A stretch of DNA of 64,000 nt from Auanema rhodensis (Eukaryota > Animalia > Nematoda), in contig OZ059899.1 in the NCBI GenBank assembly GCA_964057225.1, positions 5,084,001-5,148,000 of the forward strand. The letters are read 5' to 3'. Shown here piece by piece: positions 44,690 through 56,134 of this stretch; within the stretch, counting starts at the first letter, position 1; each line of letters starts with the position of its first letter. The notes below the pieces were generated by a model that was not told the origin of the DNA, searched no databases, and worked only from the letters and a program-made list of their open reading frames with translations. A program made the translations under genes and the position numbers.

Positions 44690-46891
44690 ATGTTCATTGT
44701 TTTATTTTTTCTTGTGATATATTGCACAAGTGCAAAAGATGTTTATCATGAAGAACTAACTATTTCCCGATTGCCAAGTCAAAATATATTATCTCAGTTC
44801 CGCTTCAAAATTATTAGTAAGGAACATGAATTAGGTATACAATTGTTTACTTTTGAAAATATATCAACATTTCAGCAAATACATTTGAATTATTTCCGCG
44901 TATCATTACTGAATTAAGTACTACACATTCCGTTGATGAATTATATTTTTCACTTGGACAAGGGCGTTGGCTAGCTGATAAATGGGGCTTACCTCCCCAA
45001 CCTAGTTCTCCTACGGGTGCTCATATACATGCTTGGATTTCTGGAAATAACTCTGGGTTTTGTGCTCAGCTAGCTTAATTATTTACAACTTTTATATTTA
45101 GAGTCACTGAAAAATGGACCAATCTTGTTAACGCTTTAAACGGAATATTTTGTACATCATTGACTAGTGTTGTACCTATCGCGAGTTCTGATCCAATCTA
45201 CACATTAAAGCCTACTGGGTTTATTAATAAAGATAGTCATCTGAAATATGGTGCATTAGGTAAAGAATCGTTATGTACTGAAAATCTCACACCTTGGAGA
45301 ACACTTTTACCATGCAAGCAGGTTTGATAAGATTTTGTAGTGTAAATAGCTCGGTATAACCCACTCGTTTAGAATGGATTAGCCACTCTGTTTACACCTA
45401 TTAAATTATATTCTTCTCTATATCATTCTTTAAATTTTCACGTTTTCAAGCAGTGTCAAGTATTGAATATATCATGATTAGTAAAAAGCTATTTACTTAT
45501 AGAATAATAATTGTCTTTGGAATCTGGAACTGAATTTAGTTATAGTCTCAGAGAAGGATTTGAAAAATGGAAAATTAGGTAATACTTTAGTTTTGGGTTT
45601 TCTAGTATATTTTAAAATAGATTGGGAAATAATAGGACTTACGGGAAGAAAAATTACTGGCTTCTGTAGAGCTGCAACTTCAAGTAAAGTTTACGTTCAA
45701 GTGGATAGAAAGGTTTGAATATAACTATTGTAGATTTTTAAATTTGTTTTTAAGAACCAAATTCTTGAACCCTCTCCTAAAATAAAAGTAAGTGTTGGAG
45801 ATTATGCTTTATATGAGCTTAGTGAACAAAATACCTCTCCAAGTTTTTCAATAGCAGCTTATTATGATACAGAAGAAAATAATCAAATAATAGACAGCTC
45901 TTCAATAGTCAGGTAACTCAATTAACACTTTTTTTTCTAATTTTGTTTATTCAGTATGTCAACTATGCTTGGTGGAGCCGAACAAAGTTCTGGTGAATTA
46001 GTTACTAAAATTGTAAATAATGTCGAAGAATTACGGGTGTCATTCTCTCATACACTTCCTTGGTATGTAAAATTATACTATCATACCATTCAATTGAAAT
46101 GCTTTGTTAATTCTGAAGAACAGGTATGGTTTTTCTTAATTATTTCTATTAATTATTTGAATTAATTAGGCTACAAAAATTTATGATAAACGTTTCAAGC
46201 CAGCAGTTTCAAGACAAATTCCTGCTCTCATGGAGTTCGATTTTGTTCTTCCTGCCTCTTCAGTTTGCCATATTCGGGTCACATTTGACAAAGCTTTCTT
46301 AAGGTAAGATACTACTGAAACATCTACTATATTTCAATTCATGTTCAGACTTCGCGAATATCCTCCAGATGCCAATCACGGGTTGTACTTACCTAGTGCT
46401 ATATTGAACGTAAAAGAAAGTGAAAAATTACTTAAATATATGTTAGTTTTTATACAAAATTCTTTTCAAACAATTACAACTTGCAGAGGATCAACTCGTG
46501 TTATCTCAGCTCAATCAGTCATTCTTCATAGCAATGTTGTTTTAATTGCTTTACCAACTCCAGATTTTAGTATGCCTTTTAATGTAATCTGTTTTGTTTT
46601 AACTGCCATGACCTTATGCTTCGGTCCTTTGCATAGTTTTTCAACTCAAATGTAAGTTTACTGCAAGTATGATTGAACTTATCTAATAACATTTACAGTT
46701 TGATTCCTGTTAATACTGCTCTACCTGTTGCTCCAAAATTCAAAAAATTCTTACGGGTTTTCTTACTGTTCTTAATTCTTGGTGCAGCCTATGTACAATA
46801 TCATGAAATCAGTTTGAATGAATTAAGAAGAATACTCATTGAAGTTAGTGATAAAGGAGTAGAAAAGTTCAAGAAGATGAACAATATGTGA
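44690..46891 (+). CDS. PIGT: GPI transamidase subunit PIG-T/Gpi16
   Basis: Signal peptide then YHEEL; GQGRW...WG; LCTENLTPWRTLLPCK; EYPPDANHG; LPTPDFSMPFNVIC followed by a TM segment. Confidence 0.93.
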
Positions 46892-47043
46892 TAATTTATT
46901 ATTATTTATTTATATACTATCATGTTCTTAATGTGCGGGCTTGCATTAAATGCTTTATATAAGAGTTTTTTATTTTTCAATGATTGGCTGTTCTATCTAG
47001 TATTTAGAATTCGTACAATACAGCAATTGTTTCTTATTTATAG

Positions 47044-49929
47044 ATGGGAGACAAACGATTAGGATCAATAATCCCCGAAACAACAAGTATAGTATTCAAA
47101 AAGGATGAAAAAATATGAGATTGTTTTCAGAGAGAGTAGGGGTAGCAATTTTAGAGGAACAGCATGACTTATTGAATGGAGAAAAAGAAGTTTACAAACA
47201 ATTTACATCAAATATCGAACTTATAAGAAAGCACCTTTCTACATTTGATAAGGATTTTTCAAGAACAAGAGGAAGTATTGTGTATCATAAATAAACTTTA
47301 CATCACTGTTCATTGTAGGGATGACTGATGCGTTTCGTCTTTTGGAAAAATATGTTAAGCGTGATTTTCACTTTGCTGGAAAAAGAAAACCTGGGAAATT
47401 TTCACCTGAGGAACAACTTTTCTTTGTTCAACATTCAGAACATATTATTCGGGGCGTACTTGCAAGAATTGTTCATCCTGAAAACTTCAAAGAAGGTGGA
47501 TCTCTAATATGTTTTAATATGAACATTAATTTTAGTGGATGGATTAGATTTAGAGTTTTATTCCAATATTTCAAGAAAACTCTCAGTTCAATTAGCCCCA
47601 CCACCTTCTAAAGAAGTTATGATGCTAGCCATGAAGTTCTTACTGTTTGATGGGTGCTGTGTTTATTTTCACAACTTTTCAGCCAGATATCTGAAGCATT
47701 TGAAAGAATATCGTTTCAATCCGATAATAATGATAGAAGAGATTTCATTGATCCATTCTCTCATAACTTTGAAGACACTCAACATGTGGACAATGAAGAT
47801 GTCAAAAATGTTCTTTCTGATCCCTTAGAGATTGTGAGAAATCGTTTGATCGGATTAGATGTTGAACCAGGCTGTAGAGGTGTATTATTACGTGATAACC
47901 TATGTTATTCTTGAAATTTCGTAGAGATACTGGAACAACGTAGTGAACATTTCATCGAATTAGCTCAACAGTTGGATCGTTCGTTGAGAATCAATCGGGC
48001 TGCCAGTCCTCCTAGACCCGATTGGAGTAATGTAAAACTAGAGTAAGCATTCCTTTGAAGTATTCTAAGTATGTTTGTTAAGAGTTATTGATGATGATTA
48101 TGAAAATGAATATCAAATCGAAGCTACCGGATCTACACCTGTTCTTGACGACGTGAAAGAGATGAATGAAGAACTTCATGAAGGTTTTTTCTTATCATTC
48201 TAGGAAAGACACGTCTCATTCAGAACCTACTAAAAAGAAAGTGCATTTTGCTAAAATTAATAAAGCAAATGGCGGTTTATACGGTATGACATTAACAACT
48301 GTATAATCTATTCGAACTTACATTAATAGAATCCGTCGATGAAATCATCTTGTTTAACCATATATGTTCATCCTACCGTAAAGATATTGGACTCCATGTG
48401 GCTCAAGTAATTTTTGGCTTTTTTACCGAAGTGGATAGTTTGCTTTAGGTTTACCGAGGAGATTCTTGTGACGTTAGTAAGCTAATGAGAACCGCAGTAA
48501 GACATGCATCTTTTACTAGCTGAATATATTTGTTTCATTTAGCTCGGAAGGAAAATTGATGAAATTTCAACAACAAAGAAGGCTAATGCAGAATCCGAAT
48601 TGTAATTTAGTGTTTAAATAGATTTTTTAGCTTCTAGATTTTCAGTAGAAATTTACTGAGATCTCTCCGGCGCATACGGCCTGAAAATTCAAACCCAGTT
48701 CAAAAAATTCGGACACCTATACATTTAGATCTGCAACCAGTCGATTCTAGTAATAAATTCTCGGATGTATTATTAATACTTATGGCTACCTATAAGTAAT
48801 TAATATTTACAGCAAGAAGCTGAAGACTATTTAGTTAATTGTGTAAAAACTTTGAATCGTTTTTCTTCGAATTGGGCTGGAATTAAGATATCAAAATGTC
48901 CTGAAAAAGATTATGAATCAAATTGTTATGGTAAAGCCTTTAATCTGAGGTCGTCGCCCAAATATTTCTTTAAAGGAATACTCATCTTAACAGATTCTTT
49001 GCTTGAAGATGTTGATCCCAGATTTTTCTTAAATGGAACCATAATCAGTTTACCTCCTCCGTTGAAATTAGAGTTAATTAGGAAAAGTAAAGCTTTATTT
49101 ATATCAAATTATATTTTTAGCGATATTCTCTTTGTTCTTAACAAATGCCGGTATGACAATTTGAATATGCGAGATATTGTACTTTCTTTTGGACATGATA
49201 TTCTAACTTATACAGGAAAAGTAACTGACGAAGTAATCGAGAGCGCTGTTCGTCAAGCTATTGAGTACGATAGCAATTCTTCATTTGGTATGATAATTTT
49301 TGTTTTTAGAGCTGTAGATAGAATCAAAGCTGTGTTCATGAAACGGCAACAAGAATTTTTAGAGATCGATCCTAAATATGGTAAGTTTATACGTATATTC
49401 ATGAAATATTCCTAAATATTTTATGCATATTATTGGATATTGCCCCCCACGCTGTTAGAGTCAAAGAGCTTCCTCTACCTAATATATATCTCCTAACTAT
49501 ACCTGAGGTACGTTTATTGATTCAATTACTTTTTGACAATCAACGTATAGTATGGAAACAGATCTAGAGCCTTTGCCAAATATAACGCAATTCTTAGAAA
49601 AATAAGCCCAGCTCTAAAGTTTGTTACCGCTCATCTATTGAATTTTATCCACATTACTTTTGAGAAATTGTACAATGATTGATTGGGCTGCGTTCAAATC
49701 TGAAGAAGATAAGGGATTTCAGGAGATGGAAGAATCAACTTATGATGATCTACAGTGTCATATTAAAAATAGGTAGATCTAACGTTTGTATTTATAAACT
49801 AGATGTTTCTATAGAATCAGACATTTGGCTAAAATATTGTACAAAGAAATGTATTTGTTGCATTTTCGTGAAAATGAAGAGCGATTCCCTGCAAATAAAC
49901 GCTATCCGAGTGAAGATAATATGGTGTAA
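47044..49929 (+). CDS. Uncharacterised multi-exon protein; possible C-terminal SGNH/GDSL-like (OSK-like) domain
   Basis: The ATG directly follows a TTTATAG acceptor, and a largely in-phase exon chain runs to TAA 49927-49929 (the acceptor near 49,460 is ambiguous). C-terminal blocks are ILTDSLL, IVLSFGHDIL, IYLLTIPEY, KYNAILRK and IDW; KKVHF is an RVxF-like motif. Confidence 0.75.
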
Positions 49930-50402
49930 ATTCATTTCAGTTGTTTCAAATATCTGTGAATATTGAATAAAATAAAATAAATTTTATGCATCAAAAAATT
50001 ATTACATAGGAAACTTTCAAAGGAATACTTAAGATTTTAAAGCCATAATTATTTTTATGATGATTTGTTTTCAACAATTGTTATGAAAGAAATATCTATA
50101 TCGGTCATATGTGAGTGGTCAAATATATTGCACTTTAATATTAACATGCACAACAATTGTTTCATAAGTTGATTATTTTATAAAGCTTCAGCAAACAATG
50201 TGATGTGGTTCAATATAGTAAGCCAGATCATTACAAATTGTAAAATAAATGTACGTAAAATACGTAATTGTTCAAGATATTATTTGAATTTCATTCATCC
50301 TGGTGATTTTTACTCTTAACCCTGTGCCAAAATTTTGATTCCCATTCGAACAATATGTGGTGTAATATTTCGAAAGGTTCTAAAAAGGATGACGTAGAAT
50401 CA

Positions 50403-52558
50403 ATGAGCTTATTTGGCGATGTTATTAGCAATGAAATTCATGAAAGCATTTCTAAAAAGAAAACAACAGCCAGGCAAGTTTTTTGTTATATATTTTTTTA
50501 ATTTCGTCTATTTAGGTTCACATATAGACTTCAATTTCTTCATAATGATCACTCTTATGCCAAACGAATTGATCGTGCTTATAAAGAATTAAATAGCGCA
50601 TTTGCAGAAAATCTGATAAATTATTTGATTCCCTTGGATGATACAGGTATCTATTATTTTTTGAAAATATACGTGACAAAATTAAGAAACCAACTCTGTA
50701 GATGGAAGTTTATCTACAGCCGTAGTTGAATGTAATTTTGCTTCGGTCAATGATGTTTTTGTTATTTTGGAAGATATCATTGGCAAAAGGAATAGAACAT
50801 TGATTCGAGTGCCTTGCTGTGGTGCATCTGTAAATTCTGTCATTGATGATGTTAAGAGTGAGGTTCGATATGTTATACCTTTACTATTATATATTTTTAT
50901 TTTATTTAGAAGTCATGTGTTTTGCTGATAGAACAAGTTGAGTTAAGTTCTGGTGAGTTTATAGACAATTTGTTCCGTCTGCTGAATTCTAATAATAAGG
51001 ATGATTGCCAAGTTGCCGTTATCGTTTGCGTATCAACAGGTAATTTCCTAAGGTCTTTCGTTTTGATTAACTTTGATTTGAAGATGTTACTGCCTTTTCT
51101 TCATTGTGTTCCATATCTACTCTGAACAGAATATGTGCTAAAACTTTCCAATTGCCTAGTTCCATAATTGTCTTCGAAAAAATAATTGAAGAAATTCTAT
51201 TTTATGAAAAACAACAGTTCTGGACATCAGGAGAGCTGACCGCGGCCATCAGGTAACTAACTTACTATATGTTGACTACGTATAAATGACTTACAGAAAT
51301 CGGTTTTTTTCTTGCAACCATTCTGTAACGGAAGTTAAGAGAATACTACAGTTTGCTATGTTACAGCATTGCATTAAAAACCCACTACATGACGAGGTTC
51401 TTTTCTTCTGATTTGCATATTATTTTCATAGTTTCCGTTATTTAGAATGAGTTATCAGTGTTTCGAAAAGTATTAGAGAACTATTGGAGATGTCTTAAAT
51501 TTGTATCTGAATCGATTGGGCTTCCTAGAGATACATTTGGGCTATACTTAACTCATGAGTCCATCCAATGTGGAAAACAATTTTGGACAAAACGTCAATT
51601 AGAATCCTATGAGGATATTACGCCTGAGTCAAAAGTCTATAAGTAAGAATGACTTTATGATTTAGTTATATTTTCGCGTTTATAGTAAATGGTATGATAG
51701 ACAGAGAGTTGCAGACCCCGAAAATATTATTGAGTTTTGTAATTCTCTTAGTTCTTTTCTTACTAAGGAGCTAGTAGATAAATTGAAGAAAGAGGTGGAT
51801 AATTACAATGACAGTATATTGAAAGATAAAGAGGAAGCTACGAACGCTCAAGCGAAAACTGAGGATGTTTCGCCTTTGAAGGTTTTTTGAATTCTATTCT
51901 TGTTTAAATTTGAACTTTGATTAAGGCTAAGAAGATGTCCCTTGCTGAACATAAAAAAATGTTAGATGCTCAAAAAGTGAAGAAACTTAATTCTTGGAAA
52001 TCAAAAGCTATTGTTTCATTGTTCGCTTGCATCGAGGTTGTTCGTTTTTTCAATTATAGAAACTAAACAGAGTATTTTAGAATTGCTTAGATACTGTGCT
52101 TTGCAATTGGAAAGATTATGAAATGTCTGAAAAGTTTCTTGTTAGCTATGTTGATGAAATGGCACTCCTGCATGGTAATCCAGCACATGATGCCGAAGCA
52201 GCTATGATTCAACCTCTGGTAATAAAACATTTTCAAATCTATTTTCTAAAATTGAATTTTTAGCCCGATGGTAACCCTGCTGTATCGCTTGCTTATCAAA
52301 AACTTTTGACAAGACCTAACTTCAAATATGCTGATCTAGCCACTTGGGGGCCGAGTTTTGAAAAGGACGTGAGTTTTGATTTATTGATCTCTATCTGATA
52401 TGTCCTCTCTCTAGTTACCTAAATCTATGAAGAACTATGCTGACTCGGCCTTCTTCGCTTCATTGGGTCAACTAGAGGTAATGGGTATCGTGAGAGCACG
52501 TCCTGATAAGAAAGACAGTCGAGTGAATATCATCTATCATCCAACCTTATATACTTAA
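50403..52558 (+). CDS. orc-3: Origin recognition complex subunit 3
   Basis: The AAA-like segment LLIEQVE...VIVCVST...FFSCNHSVTEVKRILQFAMLQH parallels the ORC3 FLYHDFSV...LLEHF pattern. The C-terminal winged helix reads AFFASLGQLEVMGIVRARPDKKDSRV. Confidence 0.8.
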
Positions 52559-52822
52559 TTCAACATGTATATTCTTTATTTAATACTATATATGCTCTTT
52601 TATTATACGTGTACTATGTGAGAAAACAATGTACATATCGATGTTTCTGGTTATATGAGTCATCCCGAGTCATCACTAATTCCACTTATGCATTCTATTA
52701 ACTTGATCTCCTAAAAAACACATTTTTCCTCTGTTTTATACTGTTTCATTCGATTTTTTTCGACTTTTTATATCTATATATGATTTTTGAAATATTCGTT
52801 TCATCAATATAATGTTTCTAGA

Positions 52823-53612
52823 ATGGCAGGAAAGAAATTACCTTCCAAGAAAGCATCTGATAGTTCTTCAACAAGTTCGAGTTTTGAAAAGGTTTTAAAA
52901 TGTTTTTGAATAATATAGTATTCTAAATTTAGGTCGATACAGTAGATTCTCAAAGTGAGAATAGTAGTCTTAATGATGACATTGCTGATCAGAAATTGGA
53001 ACCGGTAGAGAAGGATATCATGGAGAAAACCGAGGAGGAATTACTTAATGTTCCAATGAAGAAAGAACAGGTTTGTTAACTAATAATCAACTAATATATG
53101 AATAAATATACATAAAAAAATTTTAAGGAGCAATTCTATACTGAAGCTGATACATACAAAGCCATCAGAAACCTTATAATGTTTTCTTCTGCAATGTTCG
53201 TATTGCCACTACTTATAATGTTCTCGACCTATCACTACATATTCATAGGTACGATTTAAATACTTTTTACAAACTAATTACGCCACGTAAATCGAGCACA
53301 AAAATATAATATTCTGCATACTTAATTTTTTTGAACATATAATATGTAAATGTACCTCTCTTAAAATGCGAATTCTAGTTTTGTTTTGAATATTGTAACA
53401 AAAATTAATTAATTAACATCTTTACTCATTATTTAATATTTAACTATTTTTTTTTAGATCACTATAATTTACCACCAGATCAAGCTATGCTCTATGCTGC
53501 TTTCTGTGGCGTGGCTGTTGTTTTTGTAATTGTTGGGCTATTCATCTATGTAGCATATCAAGAAGAAAAAGAAGCAGAACAAAAGCTTAAAGCAAGCAAA
53601 AAAGAGGAATAA
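52823..53612 (+). CDS. VMA21-like ER membrane protein (paralogue A) with an acidic N-terminal extension
   Basis: Four exons; two TM helices (AIRNLIMFSSAMFVLPL; YAAFCGVAVVFVIVGLFIYVAY); C-terminal KKEE dilysine ER-retrieval signal. Confidence 0.8.
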
Positions 53613-53853
53613 TTTTCTTTGTTTATTTTTTTCATTAGAAATTAATGTATTATTAATCTGTGATATTTCATACAATTCTCACTTATTTGTAATATAAATT
53701 ACGTAATTTCAATTTTTTCTTAATTTTATTCGTTTGAGCGTTTATTATATTTCCGCTATCTTTACTTACATGTTATTTAACTGTTATTTAACACAATTCA
53801 ATAATTTTTAAACGTCTGAGTGCCCTGCCATTGCAGGCCACTACTTCCCTAAC

Positions 53854-54286
53854 ATGGAGGAATTAATTCCTAGCTTACGTGACCAGCGTGTGCAGGGCGC
53901 GGTGAAGAGTCTAATTGTCTACAGTCTCGTCATTCTGATTGTTCCTCTTGGATCAATGTTCTTGCTCAAGACATATCTGTTCGAAGGTAGCTTATTCTCA
54001 ATATTGCCTGACCTTACACATCAAAACATTTTTTGATGAACAATATGTTCTAGAACAGGCATTGATCCTACTTCTTGATATTTGTTTGTACACACCACTC
54101 ACTCATACTGCATGATAGCAATATTTTTTTCAACAATTTGTTTCAGCGCTTCTTGGATATTCGGTGAACGATTCACTGACTTATTCTGCTGTTGTTGCTG
54201 TTCTGTTGGTTCACGTAGTGTTAGGTTTTTGGATTGTTTCTGCTAATAAACAGGAACTTAAACAAGAACTTAAAAAACAAGATTAA
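53854..54286 (+). CDS. VMA21: V-ATPase assembly factor VMA21 (paralogue B)
   Basis: Exons 53854-53986 and 54147-54286: AVKSLIVYSLVILIVPLGSMF...TYSAVVAVLLVHVVLGFWI...KKQD stop (KKxx). Confidence 0.88.
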
Positions 54287-54288
54287 TC

Positions 54289-55874
54289 ATGCAAAACGAT
54301 GTTCACGGTACATAAATAGTTTTATACTTTACAGATAATGATTTCATTAAGATGCCCCAGTTCATTTGGGCTTTTCACTTGATATAGAGTCAGATAGTTT
54401 ATATTGTTTACGTAGCCAATATCTTCCTTTGGGTAAAATAGGAGGAAAACCATCATGGCTAAATCCTAAAAATATTCCTGTAACTTCACAGTTAGAGTGC
54501 AAAGTAAGCTGTATTACTTTGGACATTAATATTTCGTTTTTGTTAGATCTGTAAGAAAGCAATGTGTTTTCTCATCCAAATTTATGCAACGAAAGATGAC
54601 GATCCTGTGCACTCTTTCCACAGAACTTTGTTTGTGTTCGTTTGTAGAAATCCTCAATGTTCTAAGGTTTAAATGTGAGTTAGGTTGACACAAAATGTTT
54701 TTAAATTCCAGCCGAATGATTCATCAAATCTTAAAGTCTTCCGTTGTGTCCTGCCAAGAGCTAATCCTTATTATTCCGACCAAAATGCAATGGATCCTGA
54801 TCTAGGTATAAGAATTAATAGTTCATAAGCATATTTTTATTGTAGATGGGGATGTTGTTGATCCTTACTATCCTGCGGATGCTCCAAGTCTTTGCAGAAT
54901 CTGCGGTTGTTATGCTAGCAAAAAATGTGCTAAGTGTGGTGTTGCCTGGTAAGGCTACAAATGATAGTGTGTCTCAGTTCATCTTATTATTCAGGTACTG
55001 CTGTAGAGATCATCAAGCTCTTGATTGGACTACCGGTCACCGTGAAAATTGTGGTCTTGCTGCTAGTGTTGATAGTATTGTTAATCCTGCTAATCCTTTT
55101 GTTTTCAAGGAATTTGGAATTGAGCTTGATCAAGTATGATTTCGAGAAATAAGAAATTTTCCATGTTCTCTCTTTAGGAGTATGTTCCTTCAAATATTTT
55201 TGATGATTTGTCTGATGATGAAGATGATGATGGAGCTGATTCTGACGATGAAACTGATGAGGAACGACGCCGTCGTCTCAAAGAGTTTCAAAAATTCATA
55301 GATACACAAAAAGGAGTAAGTTTATTTTTTTTCGTGTTTAGTTGGTTTTCTATTTTTCAGAAGAATGAGGATATTACTGTTGAAGATTGTGAAGCCGCTG
55401 TTGAAGATCAAGCACGAGACGAATCTTTCGAAAAGTTGATATTTTTTTATAATTGTGGTTTATAGATATTTTGCAGGTTTAATAGACTCATTAATCTGAA
55501 TCCTGAACAAATTATTCGTTATCAGCGCTGCGGTACTATTCAAGACTATTTGAAGTAATTTTTTATATCATATTTCAGGAAATCCTTTGAAAGCAACAGA
55601 TTTGGCCCCATCTTTACCTGATGATATCCCATGTTGTGAAATTTGTAATGGCCCTCGCCGTTTCGAGTTTCAATTAACTCCACATCTTCTATCATTAATT
55701 GAAGTTGATTCTATTGGTATTTTGAACCGGTTTCATTATTTTCTTTATTATAACTAATTTATAGGGCAATCCATTGATTGGGCTTCTGTATATGTCTACA
55801 CTTGTGCTAGATCATGCGAGATCCCTGAACTTGGATATGCTGAAGAATTTGTTTGCAAACAAGATTTTAAGTAG
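54289..55874 (+). CDS. pdcd-2: Programmed cell death protein 2 (MYND zinc finger; uS5/RPS2 chaperone family)
   Basis: [11 protein letters not shown]...[23 protein letters not shown] finger (CRICG...KCAKC...[13 protein letters not shown]...C), [28 protein letters not shown]...Y.EEFV. The start is inferred at ATG 54289 via intron 54308-54351. Confidence 0.93.
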
Positions 55875-56134
55875 ATTTGGATGAGAAAATATGCTTCCTG
55901 TGAATTTGCACTCTCATACTGTTGTTGATCTTTTTGTTGATTTTCATTAGCCTTTTGTTAGCCGTTGTTGTTTTTTTTCCTATTTTACCCACATATTTTG
56001 TTAACTGACTCTGTTTTATTTTTTATCTATAAAAGTTAAATTCATAAATATCTGCATTTGAGGGTTCTGTGTTCCACCATTATCAATATTTTCTTTCGGA
56101 ATGCTTTGTAATGTTTCCAAAAATTGTTTAGTTT

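Noticed and set aside
54352-54390. ATGs at 54338 and 54352 as PDCD2 start codons
   Set aside because: Both are out of frame with the conserved VHLGF...KIGGKP reading frame and reach stops quickly.
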